Made by a program: the position numbers and the translations under genes. A DNA stretch of 63,771 nucleotides, filler included, from Octopus bimaculoides (Eukaryota), in NCBI RefSeq assembly GCF_001194135.2. It is 8 parts of 8 records of this genome, joined end to end, with 100 filler letters (N's around TTAATTAATTAA, not from the genome) between each part and the next. Parts side by side here need not be neighbours in the genome. Positions count along the whole stretch, not along the records: positions 36,344 to 41,976 come from NC_068988.1; positions 42,077 to 46,476 come from NC_068991.1; positions 46,577 to 50,898 come from NC_069006.1; positions 50,999 to 61,952 come from NC_069004.1; 4 more parts are not named here. One strand, 5' to 3'. Below, in pieces: positions 40,746 through 52,870 of this stretch (position 1 is the stretch's first letter; each line of letters starts with the position of its first letter). Under the pieces are notes generated by a model. That model worked only from the letters and a program-made list of their open reading frames with translations. It did no database searches and had not been told where the DNA came from.

Positions 40746-41246
40746 NNNNNNNNNNNNNNNNNNNNNNNNNNNNNNNNNNNNNNNNNNNNNNNNNNNNNNN
40801 NNNNNNNNNNNNNNNNNNNNNNNNNNNNNNNNNNNNNNNNNNNNNNNNNNNNNNNNNNNNNNNNNNNNNNNNNNNNNNNNNNNNNNNNNNNNNNNNNNNN
40901 NNNNNNNNNNNNNNNNNNNNNNNNNNNNNNNNNNNNNNNNNNNNNNNNNNNNNNNNNNNNNNNNNNNNNNNNNNNNNAAACAAGAACGAGTCATTCGGAG
41001 TTTTCTTTCCTCAGTCGAGTTCCAGATTATCCTTGCAATTTCGGCTGGTTATACTCGAGATTGCTCCAATCTGGTCAGCCCCAAGGAAAAACTAAGCTAA
41101 GAGCACTAGATTCCTTGAAAGAAAGCAGCGAATGTATACGAAAAAATAAACAAACGGAGAAATAGTGTACAAATGCAAATAACAGGGCATAACAACAGCC
41201 TTCATCAGGTGTCTTGGGGAAATTTCGAACCTGGGTTCTCATTCCT

Positions 41247-41495
41247 AAGGTATTTTTCGATGTTATTATCATTATTATTATTATTATGATTATTATTATT
41301 CAGAACACTACCTGGAATCGAACTCGGAATCTTGGGGTTAGTAGCCCGCGCTTTTAACCACTACGCCATATGACACAAGGTATTTTTCGATGTTATTATT
41401 ATTATTATTATCATTATTATTATTCAGGTCACTGCCTGGAATCGAACTCGGAATCTTGGGGTTGGTAGCCTGCGCTCTTAACCACTACGCAATAT
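41247..41495 (-). promoter_or_regulatory. Tandemly duplicated tRNA-like Pol III promoter module (A and B box) plus (AAT)n, inside the PLE 3' region
   Basis: Two units (41377-41495 and 41247-41372), each ..gcgtagtggttaa(g/a)agcgc.ggctac.aaccccaagattccgagttcgattccagg..tga(aat)n aacatcgaaaaatacctt. Not a real tRNA: no acceptor stem is evident. Confidence 0.7.
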
Positions 41496-41519
41496 GCCCG
41501 TGGGAGTGAATTGTAGGGC

Positions 41520-41705
41520 TTATAAATCTAATATTTTCCTATCCTTCCCCAATACCGGTTCCCTTACGCTATTCATATCTGCACTCGGTCTACTTAGGAG
41601 GTTGTTGTGTCCTAGCATATGTGCTGCTTCTTTTAGTTTTCGTATTTTCCAGTGGTGTTCTCTGTCTATTATTTTAACTTCATCCCACAGGGGCAGGTGG
41701 TCTTC
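41520..41705 (-). pseudogene. C-terminal fragment of PLE GIY-YIG endonuclease (absent from the ORF track, no start codon)
   Basis: Hand translation: EDHLPLWDEVKIIDREHHWKIRKLKEAAHMLGHNNLLSRPSADMNSVREPVLGKDRKILDL*, matching the PLE pattern H.F.W..V.II.RE..W..RK.KEA.H. Confidence 0.8.
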
Positions 41706-41715
41706 ATTTCCCCAA

Positions 41716-41761
41716 GACAGCTGATGAAGGCTGAAGGGTATATCAGCCGAAACGTTGTGTT
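41716..41761 (+). ncRNA. Minimal type-I hammerhead ribozyme motif
   Basis: GACAG-CUGAUGA-A-GGCUGA(agggtata)UCAGCC-GAAA-CG-UU-GUGUU: intact core, 6-bp stem II, palindromic ACGU stem III. One stem I mismatch, which is C (pairing) in the sister half-copy at 41196-41223. Confidence 0.8.
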
Positions 41762-41817
41762 AACAACAAACAACATGAGGATAAATATCCGTCAAATGTA
41801 AATAATGTATGTATGTT

Positions 41818-41852
<35 letters not shown>

Positions 41853-42076
41853 TTAGGGAAAATAACCAATTTTCAAGAACTCATCGATGAAAATCCACTA
41901 TCACATATAGAAAAATTAATAATTAAAAGCACAATAAATGAGTATAATATAAAGTAAAGTAAATGTCATAACTCTTNNNNNNNNNNNNNNNNNNNNNNNN
42001 NNNNNNNNNNNNNNNNNNNNTTAATTAATTAANNNNNNNNNNNNNNNNNNNNNNNNNNNNNNNNNNNNNNNNNNNN

Positions 42077-42114
<38 letters not shown>

Positions 42115-43887
42115 CACACACATACACATATTTTGGCCTTATTTATTTTTGTTACCATTCCCAACAGACCGTGGAACTGTATAAGTCTCAGCTCATAGAG
42201 TATACATCCATCCATCCATCCATCCATCCATCCATCCATACATACATACACACATACATACTTACATACATACATACATACAAACAAATATATATATATA
42301 CATATGTAAAATACCAAAAAAAAAAAAANNNNNNNNNNNNNNNNNNNNNNNNNNNNNNNNNNNNNNNNNNNNNNNNNNNNNNNNNNNNNNNNNNNNNNNN
42401 NNNNNNNNNNNNNNNNNNNNNNNNNNNNNNNNNNNNNNNNNNNNNNNNNNNNNNNNNNNNNNNNNNNNNNNNNNNNNNNNNNNNNNNNNNNNNNNNNNNN
42501 NNNNNNNNNNNNNNNNNNNNNNNNNNNNNNNNNNNNNNNNNNNNNNNNNNNNNNNNNNNNNNNNNNNNNNNNNNNNNNNNNNNNNNNNNNNNNNNNNNNN
42601 NNNNNNNNNNNNNNNNNNNNNNNNNNNNNNNNNNNNNNNNNNNNNNNNNNNNNNNNNNNNNNNNNNNNNNNNNNNNNNNNNNNNNNNNNNNNNNNNNNNN
42701 NNNNNNNNNNNNNNNNNNNNNNNNNNNNNNNNNNNNNNNNNNNNNNNNNNNNNNNNNNNNNNNNNNNNNNNNNNNNNNNNNNNNNNNNNNNNNNNNNNNN
42801 NNNNNNNNNNNNNNNNNNNNNNNNNNNNNNNNNNNNNNNNNNNNNNNNNNNNNNNNNNNNNNNNNNNNNNNNNNNNNNNNNNNNNNNNNNNNNNNNNNNN
42901 NNNNNNNNNNNNNNNNNNNNNNNNNNNNNNNNNNNNNNNNNNNNNNNNNNNNNNNNNNNNNNNNNNNNNNNNNNNNNNNNNNNNNNNNNNNNNNNNNNNN
43001 NNNNNNNNNNNNNNNNNNNNNNNNNNNNNNNNNNNNNNNNNNNNNNNNNNNNNNNNNNNNNNNNNNNNNNNNNNNNNNNNNNNNNNNNNNNNNNNNNNNN
43101 NNNNNNNNNNNNNNNNNNNNNNNNNNNNNNNNNNNNNNNNNNNNNNNNNNNNNNNNNNNNATACATACATACATACATACATATATACATATATATATAT
43201 GTATATAATACAAATAATATGTGAGTATATGCATATATACGTACATGTATGTACATACCTACATCTACATGTATATATAGATGCATATCTGGGTACAGGA
43301 CGTCACAAAAAAAACGTGGACAAAATGAAAAACAGAATATAAACAGAGCACAGAAAACACACAGTCCACATAGAGAACATTTCCTTCATCAGCTGCCACC
43401 ATTCTAAAACTAAGAGTTTCGAAGACACATATACATATATATATATATACATATACATACATACATACATATATACATACATATATATACAAATATGCAC
43501 ACCCATATATTTTTACACGATGCGCTTCCACGCAGTTTCCGTTTACCAAGTTCACTCACAAGGCATTGGACAGTGTATAAGTAGAAGACATTTGCCAATG
43601 GTGACCTGCAGTGCGGCCGACCTCAGGACCTCGTAAATTGCATGGCAAACCTCTTAAGCTCCCTTTAAAAAATCTCACATCACGATTGATGAACTATAGC
43701 TTTGTTCATTTCAGGGTTCCAATGGACCGATCTTTGGTTCACACCGTTTCTAATGGTGTCAGTGACGATGGAATGTCTGTTACAAGAGTTAAACCAAATC
43801 AAGGACACGATTAATTTCGAAAAGCATTGATTTTCTGGTTTTCCCAGCATTGCTTAAATACGTGGCCGATATATTGGCGAATGATCG

Positions 43888-44092
43888 GTAGTGTAGCTAG
43901 TGTCATCCACCCGGGGCAACCCTCTGCTTTATCTCCACCCCTAATAGGGGCAGCTCTATACAGTCTTATACCCCCATTGGGGTATAAGGCTGTATAGGCT
44001 TATACTGTAGGCCTAAAGTTACCGCCCCATAAAAGCATTGCCAGGCGACACCGCCCTCTTCTCCTCGCTTCTAGGTACGCTATTTCTAATGG
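43888..44092. mobile_element. Possible hAT/Harbinger-like MITE with internal hairpin
   Basis: Ends resemble agtgtagctag / ctaggtacgct; internal 18-bp near-perfect hairpin tatacagtcttatacccc/ggggtataaggctgtata. Confidence 0.4.
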
Positions 44093-44637
44093 TACACACG
44101 CTGTGCAATCAGAAACATACACATGCATGCGCACAAACATATACGCATACACACCCACACGTACAAATGCACAGCCTCACCGAAGCTACACACATATTAA
44201 CTCACGCATACACACACATACACCGTCATATACATATATACACATATGCAGCCGCATATGGTGTTTTGATTTTATTAGCTCCAGCCCAGGCCACGTGGAG
44301 TTGACAAAAGATGTAAGGTGTTTGCAGTCGTCATTGTTTTGTCACATGCCTTTGCCTAGAAACGCCCAAATTAAGATGCATCAGACAAAGTTTCCCCCCA
44401 CCCCTACTGTTAACAGTGAAGCGTAATATGAGGGAATTACGGCTTTTATATCTAACGAGTAGAGCAACCACGTTGAGACCCCCTGTATAGTTCGCTAAAA
44501 AATGTATTTTTAGAAGTGATGTAAAAAATGTTTTGACGTAAAAAAAGAAAGGCCCTTTCTGTAGTCTCTGGAAAAAAGAACAAAATCTCCCACAAGCCAC
44601 GCTCAAGCCTATTCAGGATTGCCTTTGTTCAGTCCGT

Positions 44638-45016
44638 AGAGGCGCAATGGCCTAGTGGTTAGGGCAGCGGACTCGTGATCGTAGGATGGCGGTTTCGATT
44701 CCCAAACCGGGCATTATGAGTGTTTATTGAGCGAAAACACCTAAAGTTCCACGAGGCTCCGGCAGGGGATGGTGGCGAACCCTGCTGTACTCTTTCACCA
44801 CAACTTTCTCTCACGCTTTCTTCCTGTTTCTATTGTACGTGTATTTCAAAGGGCCAGCCTTGTCACACTGTGTCATGCTGAATCTCCCCGAAAACTACGT
44901 TAAGGGTACAGGTGTCTGTGGAGTGCTCAGCCACTTGCAAGTTAATTTCACGAGCAGGCTGTTCCGTTGATCGGATCAACTGGAACCCTCGTCGTCGTAA
45001 CCGACGGAGTGCCAAC
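44638..45016 (+). mobile_element. tRNA-headed SINE family D
   Basis: A box tggcctagtggttagg, B box ggtttcgattccc, ~300-bp unique body ending gtcgtaaccgacggagtgccaac. Confidence 0.75.
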
Positions 45017-45399
45017 CATCATATTCAGTCAGTCCACTGCAGGACGAAAGCCTCTGCATGTTGCCTTTAGTCGAACAAATCGACCCCAGTACTTATTCTA
45101 TGTAAGCCTAGTACTTATTCTATCGGTCTCTTTTGCCGAATCGCTAAGTTACGGGGACGTGAACACACCAAGATCAGTTGTCAAAGAATGGTGGTGGGAC
45201 AAACACAGACATACAAACACACACACACACATATACGACGGGCTTCTTTCAGTTTCCGTCTACCAAATCCACTCACAAGGCTTTGGTCGGCCCGAGGATG
45301 TAGTTGAAGACACTTTCCCAAGATGCCACGCAGTGGGATTGAACCCCAAACCATGTGGTTGGTAAGCAAGCTACTTAAAACACAGTCACTCCTGCGCCT
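45017..45399 (-). mobile_element. SINE family A with an atypical 3' end
   Basis: Head and body match family A; after gactaaaggc the usual ggtgctccagc tail is replaced by aacatgcagaggctttcgtcctgcagtggactg. Confidence 0.85.
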
Positions 45400-45885
45400 A
45401 TATGTATATTCATATGCATACATGTATGTATTACGTATGTACGTATAACCAACATTTCAATTATTTCAACACCCATCTATAATTCGTATTAAACACGTGA
45501 GCTATTTTCGCTAGATTTCGCTGACCGAAATTAGTGGAACGCAGCGTACACAAATGCGTATTATACATGAATATTTAACACAATATATTTATTTACTTCG
45601 ATATACAAGTTCGCTTGCACCAATTGATTTCATAGAATGGTATACAGATATTACTACACATATAAACGTATAATGTTTATTTGAAAAAGTGATCCGTGAC
45701 AGGTCACCGATTTGTTTTGCTGTTTGCTTGACGCAAGCGAAACAAACAGACCGTTTGTCACGGATTACCCCTTTAATAAATACTAGACTATTATTGTCGG
45801 CGTCTACTCTTAACAGATTCTTTTATTTACTACATTATATATGCGAGTATTTCTCTTAAAGCATTTTTGTTTAATTTATACTCAC

Positions 45886-45949
<64 letters not shown>

Positions 45950-46019
45950 NNNNNNNNNNNNNNNNNNNNNNNNNNNNNNNNNNNNNNNNNNNNNNNNNNN
46001 NNNNNNNNNNNNNNNNNNN

Positions 46020-46089
<70 letters not shown>

Positions 46090-46576
46090 CATGTATATTA
46101 TATATTACAGGTTGTATTGCAAAGATATATTTATATATATTTATATACTTGCCTTTCCATGTAAACACACATATGAATGCACATGCATGCATAGATGCAC
46201 ATGCATACATAGATGCATGTACATGCATAGATGCATGTGCATGCAAGCATCTATGTATTTGTGCAATACAAAGATATATATATATATATGTGTGTGTGTA
46301 TTTTGCATGCATGTATATATATACATATAAATACGTATATATAAATAATACAAAATGGGACAAGAACACAAAAACATCCAGACATTTAGGTGATACAAGA
46401 AAGGGACAAAACATTCAGATAGACGATACAAAGAAAACACGGACAGGTCATATATATATATATATATATATATATANNNNNNNNNNNNNNNNNNNNNNNN
46501 NNNNNNNNNNNNNNNNNNNNTTAATTAATTAANNNNNNNNNNNNNNNNNNNNNNNNNNNNNNNNNNNNNNNNNNNN

Positions 46577-46624
<48 letters not shown>

Positions 46625-46641
46625 TGTGTGCGCGTGTGTGT

Positions 46642-46678
<37 letters not shown>

Positions 46679-46990
46679 GCATCATGTACGTGTTTGTATA
46701 TACATATACATACATACACACACACACACACACATATATATACACATATNNNNNNNNNNATATATATATATATATATATATGTATAATCAGTGTATGATG
46801 TGCGTCTGTGTTGAATCGTTAGAATGCGATTTAGGCTGTTACTACTAAAAAGTCAACCACATAAATGTATAACAGCAGATTTAACCAGTGTGTATGTGTG
46901 CATATGTGTGTATTCATATATGTATATATATAAGACGCTACGTACCCATTTATGTTTAATGAGTATGTATAGATATATGACAAAAGTATG

Positions 46991-47057
<67 letters not shown>

Positions 47058-47909
47058 GTCTGTCTGTCTAATACGTATGTATGTATGAATGGATGGATGC
47101 ATGCATGCAAACTTCTAAGCTTGCAGTGTGTACCTAAGCAATCAAAAGATATGGTAACGAGAATTCGTAATCTAATAACAATCGTATATTTATCCGTGAG
47201 AGACGACTGGACGAGAGCAGACACAAATGTGATAATGTAGTGAAATTATGTGGCATTTTCTTGAGCGTTGTACGTGCTGGTTTCAACACACACACACACA
47301 CACATGCCAGTGAGTGGATGTATATANNNNNNNNNNNNNNNNNNNNNNNNNNNNNNNNNNNNNNNNNNNNNNNNNNNNNNNNNNNNNNNNNNNNNNNNNN
47401 NNNNNNNNNNNNNNNNNNNNNNNNNNNNNNNNNNNNNNNNNNNNNNNNNNNNNNNNNNNNNNNNNNNNNNNNNNNNNNNNNNNNNNNNNNNNNNNNNNNN
47501 NNNNNNNNNNNNNNNNNNNNNNNNNNNNNNNNNNNNNNNNNNNNNNNNNNNNNNNNNNNNNNNNNNNNNNNNNNNNNNNNNNNNNNNNNNNNNNNNNNNN
47601 NNNNNNNNNNNNNNNNNNNNNNNNNNNNNNNNNNNNNNNNNNNNNNNNNNNNNNNNNNNNNNNNNNNNNNNNNNNNNNNNNNNNNNNNNNNNNNNNNNNN
47701 NNNNNNNNNNNNNNNNNNNNNNNNNNNNNNNNNNNNNNNNNNNNNNNNNNNNNNNNNNNNNNNNNNNNNNNNNNNNNNNNNNNNNNNNNNNNNNNNNNNN
47801 NNNNNNNNNNNNNNNNNNNNNNNNNNNNNNNNNNNNNNNNNNNNNNNNNNNNNNNNNNNNNNNNNNNNNNNNNNNNNNNNNNNNNNNNNNNNNNNNNNNN
47901 NNNNNNNNN

Positions 47910-47945
<36 letters not shown>

Positions 47946-48219
47946 GTATATATATAATATATATATATAATATATAATATATGTATATATATAATATATA
48001 TATATAATATATAATATATATATATTATATATATATTATATATATATAATATATATATGTATATCATTTATATGTCTATATATGTATATTTATGTTTTAA
48101 TGTTTATATATATACATGTATGTCACATATATACTTATATACATGTATATCATATAGATATTTAGAAATATGTTTATCATTTAACTATTTCTATATATGT
48201 ATAACATATATGTGTGTGT

Positions 48220-48275
<56 letters not shown>

Positions 48276-48734
48276 NNNNNNNNNNTAGATGCATCATGTA
48301 CGTGTTTGTATATACATATACATACATACACACACACACACACACATATATATACACATATATGTATGAAATTTGAATTATATATGTGCGTATTCATATA
48401 TTTTATCATGTATGTATATATTATATCACATATGTATGTTTGCCTATACAGCTGTGTATGTTTAGATATATATACTTTACATATATATTCTTATGCGGCA
48501 TATATATTCTTATGTGTACTGGACCTTAAATATATATTTTAGTCATATATGGGGCACTATGGCCCACTCTAGCGAAGAGTTATTATTGTTGGAGACATAT
48601 CCGAGTGTAGGAGGTTGGTCCGGGACGTTTTGAAGAAATTTGTCCAGTGGGATCCGTTTCCGTTTCGACGTATTTTGGTATGGTATTAAAGAGATCTGGA
48701 CCGGTTCAGGTAAAGTAATTGTGACGTAATGTTG

Positions 48735-50205
48735 CTATGTGTAGCAATTCAATTTTTGTAGTGGGAGGATAGCACGGGGATCAAGTCTGGGATGGATTTT
48801 AAAATTGATGCCAACATCATTTATGCAATATTGATGGAATATTTTCCGCATAACACTAATGATGTAGCGCTCCCGGCAGCATTGGAGTGAGTAGAGATTG
48901 ATTTTTCTTAGTCGACCCCAATAATCAGTGCCTCTCATGCTGTCTATCTTTCTTGTTATTGACCTCTGGAGTGCTTCCACTTTCATAATGAGTTGCTTCG
49001 TAGGGAGAGACCACAGTGGGCAACAGTATTCAAGGTGGGGTCGAGCAAAAGTAGAGTAGAGAAGTATGATGGTGTAGGCATCTCTAGACCGGAAAGTTCT
49101 CAGAATCCAGGAGCACATCTTGCGGGCCAAGTCAACCTTGCTGTTTACGTGAGAATTCCAGCTTAAATTGTTATCAGCAATTACTCCAAGGTCTCTGGTG
49201 TTGTTGGATGACACTAGGGAGTCACCCGAGGGAAGAGCATATGGTAATTTTAGAGTTTCCTCTTTTCCAAAGTGGATCAAATCAAACTTATCTTCATTTA
49301 AAAGCATATTGTTTTTTTTCCCGCCCATTGGACAATAGCAAACATATCCGACTGAAGGCATGTTCAGTCTCCTATGCCATTTATGGCTTTCTGGAGTTTT
49401 GAATCATCTGCAAAGCTTTTCAATGTAGAATGTTTGATGACATCTACTATGTTGATGTAAATAATGAAGAGGAGTGGGCCCAACACAGTACCTTGTGGGA
49501 CACCAGTACTGACTTTGGCTGAGCTTGATCGTATTCCCTCAAACATAACATGTTGGGTTCTGTTCGTCAGGAAACACTTTCCACAGACTCCAATGTTGGA
49601 CAGTTTCTTCTGCAGGATTTTATGGTCCACTCTGTCAAATACCTTGCTGAAATCAAGTTGCATGACGTCAGTGTTGGAGCCTTCTCCCGAAGCTTTTAAG
49701 ATGTCGTCATCAAAATGGTGCAGAAGCTGCGACAGGCAGTCCCTGCCATCACGGAAACCATGCTGGCTGGGGTTCAACAGATTTGTTGTCTTCGAGGAAG
49801 TGAGTTATTCGCGATCTCACCACCCTCTCAAATACTTTAATTATGAGAAGTGAGTGAAATCGGATGGTTGTTCACTGCAAGAGATTTGTTCCCCTTTTTG
49901 AAGACTGGAACGACAGACTGGGAAAGAAAATGATCAAGAATGTAGCCTGCCTCAAGTGAGCTCTTCCAGAGCTCAGATAGAGGTGGATGCAATTTGATGT
50001 CGACACTTCTTCAGGCCGGGAACTTATCGGGACCTACTGCCGAGTTGTACTTGATCTTATCTATTTCTGTTAGGATATCAGGAGCACCAAAAGTTATGTT
50101 AGATGTGGTTAGTTGAGGGTTTACATCATTGATACTAGCCAGATCAACCGCATTAGCGTTACTGAAAACAGAACAGTATTGTCTCTGCAGTATCTCGCAC
50201 ATGGA
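48735..50205 (-). mobile_element. CR1-group LINE RT fragment, truncated at both ends
   Basis: NPSQHGFRDGRDC..LDFSKVFDRVDH..TGVPQGTVLGPLLFIIYIN..FADDSKL..RDLGV..RPHLEYCCPLW. Confidence 0.92.
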
Positions 50206-50206
50206 T

Positions 50207-50898
50207 TTTGCATCATCTTATAGAGTGGGAAAATTCTCGCCACAACAACCGTTGTCTTGCCGTATCCCCAAATCATATAGCGAGAGTGATAAAAATCAAA
50301 CATCCAGTCAACATCATGCTGTTTGGAGTGATTACTAGTGCTGGTGACGTTATGCCTCCATTCATCTTCTCACACGGCCTCAGACTCAACACGGAGACGT
50401 ACATCAAGTGCCTGGAGAAGGTAGTGCTGCCCTAGGTCAACTGGGGGGCTGCTGGAAGATCCTATGTCTGGTAACAGGACTCTGCACCATGCCACACAAG
50501 CAGGAGAACTCAGTCATGGCTAACAGACAATTTCTGCGACCAAATCACCCCTAACTCCCCACTGGCCACCTAACTCCCCAAACTGCAACCCCCTTGATTA
50601 TTATGTGTGGGGTGCAGTTGAGCGAGAGACCAACAAAATTCCTTGTAACATCAAAGATGAACTGAAGGCAAGGATTATGGTAGCATTCACCAACTTAAAC
50701 AAGAAGACCATCCAGAAGAGTTGCAGGAGATTCCGAAGTCGTCTGGAGGCCATGGTTGGAGCCAGTGAATATTTTATTGAATAAGTTTATTCTTTAGTAT
50801 TTCAAGATATTTTTGTGTAATTTTGGTTAAGATATCATTTTAACAAATGATGTCAGTGTTACTTTCATTTTTGCATAATTTAGACGATAATTTATTCA
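50207..50898 (+). mobile_element. Tc1/mariner (maT/DD37D-like) transposase 3' portion, decayed
   Basis: KHPVNIMLFGVITSAG..YIKCLEKVVLP*..QDSAPCHTS..WPPNSPNCNPLDYYVWG..RFRSRLEAMV. Confidence 0.85.
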
Positions 50899-50998
50899 NN
50901 NNNNNNNNNNNNNNNNNNNNNNNNNNNNNNNNNNNNNNNNNNTTAATTAATTAANNNNNNNNNNNNNNNNNNNNNNNNNNNNNNNNNNNNNNNNNNNN

Positions 50999-51176
50999 GC
51001 ACCCACTACACTCTCTGAGTGGTTGGCATTAGGAAGGGCATTCAGCCGTAGAAACTCTGCCAAATCAGATTGGAGCCTGGTGTAGCCATCTGGTTTCACC
51101 AGTCCTCAGTCAAATCGTCCAACCCATGCTAGCATGGAAAGCAGACGTTAAACGACGATGATGATGATGATGATAT
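50999..51176 (+). mobile_element. RTE 3' terminal fragment with (GAT)n tail
   Basis: Matches 55130-55290 (ggcattaggaagggca..cccatgc.agcatggaaag..ttaaacga(tga)n). Confidence 0.85.
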
Positions 51177-51187
51177 ATATATATATA

Positions 51188-51535
51188 TAGGTGAAGGTGT
51201 GGCTGTGTTGTAAGAAGCTTGCTTCCCAACTGTGTCTTCTGCTTTAGCCTCAGGCTGAACAAAGCCTTCTGATTTGGTAGATGGAAACTGAAAGAAGACC
51301 ATCATATATATGTGTGTGTGTGTCTTTGCATTTGTTTGTTGCCCCCAACACTGCTTGACAACTGGTGTTGGTGTGTTTATGTCCCTGTAGCTTAGTGGTT
51401 CAGCAACATAGACTGAGAGAATAAGTACCAGATTTTAATTAAAAAAAAGTCCTGGGATCAATTTGTTTGATTAAAACCCTTCAAGGCAGTGCTCCAGCAT
51501 GACTGCGGTCAAATGACTGAAACAAATAAAAGAAT
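51188..51535 (+). mobile_element. SINE family A with a deletion across the B-box region
   Basis: gcttcccaac is joined directly to tgtgtcttctgct; the remainder is colinear with 8077-8500. Confidence 0.85.
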
Positions 51536-52037
51536 ATATACACACACAGACACATGTTAATACTGAACAGTGAGGATGAGTGTTCAAGTGGATCAATATT
51601 CTTTATTTGTAAGATAACCAGATTACCATTAGTTTCATATAGAGAGAGATATCTCTCAACAATTATTTAAGTCTGTCACATGGGATCTTAATGTTTCTCT
51701 CTATCTTCGATAAAAACGCAAAATCACTTGAGATTGCACAAGATTTTGTAGTAAACAAATAAATATACATCTCAAGGGGGAATAGCTTCCAAATTACTAT
51801 CTCACTGATTAGGCTTGAGATTTTATAAACGTTCACACACACACACCTAACCATCTTTGCATTATGCATATTTAATGTGTGCACTTAGTAGTTTGTATTT
51901 GCATATATAAATGTGCCTGATTGTGGAGTTTTTCACATATTGTTGCTGTGAACTCATAGGATTGTATATTTATATGTTTGTGTTGATATTCATTCTGTGA
52001 ATCATTTGGTGTCCTATACATATGCACATACACCTAT

Positions 52038-52870
52038 ATTTATTTCTTTTACTCGTTTCAGCCATGTAGCTGCAGTCATGCTGGAGCACCACTATGGTCT
52101 TTTTGATTTCCTCAGTCTGGGGTGTTTCACAGTTGTTGGCCCATTTGGTGTATAAGGGAGTTTGATTTTGTTGTCCTTGTCTGCACCTCATATCGGGCTG
52201 TTGGTTCATCCGGTATTGTGGAGAGGAGGATGTCTAGTTCCATTTTGAAGGCATCTACTTCCACCTTATGCAGATTTCTAAATTTCTGTGGCGGGGCATT
52301 GAAGAGCTGTGGGCCTTTGAACCCTAGGCTATTGCAGTACCTGGTCCTGAATTTAGATGGAGTGGATTGTACCTCTGGTACAATACAATGGCAGCTAGTT
52401 CTGATATTTGTATAACTCAATAACGAAATTAGACACTAACCCTTCTAGAATTTTCCATATGTAGATTATTGCATATCTCTCACACCTTCGCTCCAGGGAA
52501 TCAAGTTACAATTTTCTCAGCCTATCCCTGTAGCTCATCCACTGCACTGTTTTAGTCTTTTTAGTGTAGTGGCATTGGACTGCTTCGAGTTCCACTGTTA
52601 GTTTGGCACAACGTGGTGACCATAGCTGGGTCCAGGCAGCTGAGAACAAAGGTTCTCCACAGGGTCAATATAGTTTCTTGGTCTCGTCTGGAAGGACTTC
52701 GGTATCCATCTTACCAGTTGTTTGCACTTTGCTACCATCTTGGTAATGTGCATGTAAAATGTGCAAATGAAATGATGCACATACTGATCCCCAAGTCTTT
52801 CACTGCTTGTGACTCTGGGATTGTAGTGCCTTTGGGTCCTGTGTATGCATGCTGTAGGGCATTCATGAGT
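52038..52870 (-). mobile_element. CR1-group LINE 3' fragment, same subfamily as 8660-10710
   Basis: SLGFKGPQLFNAPPQKFRNL..FKMELDILLSTIPDEP..SNSLIHQ; 3' tail gtggtgctccagcatgactgcagc..ggctgaaacgagtaaaagaaataaata. Confidence 0.9.

Larger units (their letters stand above)
41196..41810 (-). mobile_element. Penelope-like element, 5'-truncated, with inverted 5' pseudo-LTR
   Basis: GIY-YIG C-terminal remnant (41520-41705, minus), then 3' pLTR ending in a half hammerhead (41196-41223). The same 28-nt sequence (1 mismatch) reappears inverted at 41706-41733 and continues into a full hammerhead. Confidence 0.8.

Noticed and set aside
40978-41223. Composite minus-strand hammerhead with a ~140-nt stem II loop (CUGAUGA at 41202-41208 paired with CAGCCGAAA at ~41037-41048)
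   Set aside because: No UH site or stem I complement follows GAAA; better explained as a truncated pLTR abutting a separate repeat.
34150-43815. Short exon-like segments at ~34150-34230 (minus), ~30050-30125 (minus) and ~43713-43813 (plus)
   Set aside because: Plausible AG/GT boundaries but no recognisable homology and no consistent strand; unsupported without RNA data.
41300-44720. tRNA-like sequences at 41300-41372, 41425-41497 and 44640-44712 as tRNA genes
   Set aside because: A/B boxes are present but there is no acceptor stem or cloverleaf, and they continue into repeat bodies.
46675-48361. Identical ~75-bp segment at 46675-46749 and 48287-48361
   Set aside because: Both copies border gaps in low-complexity sequence; probable scaffolding redundancy.
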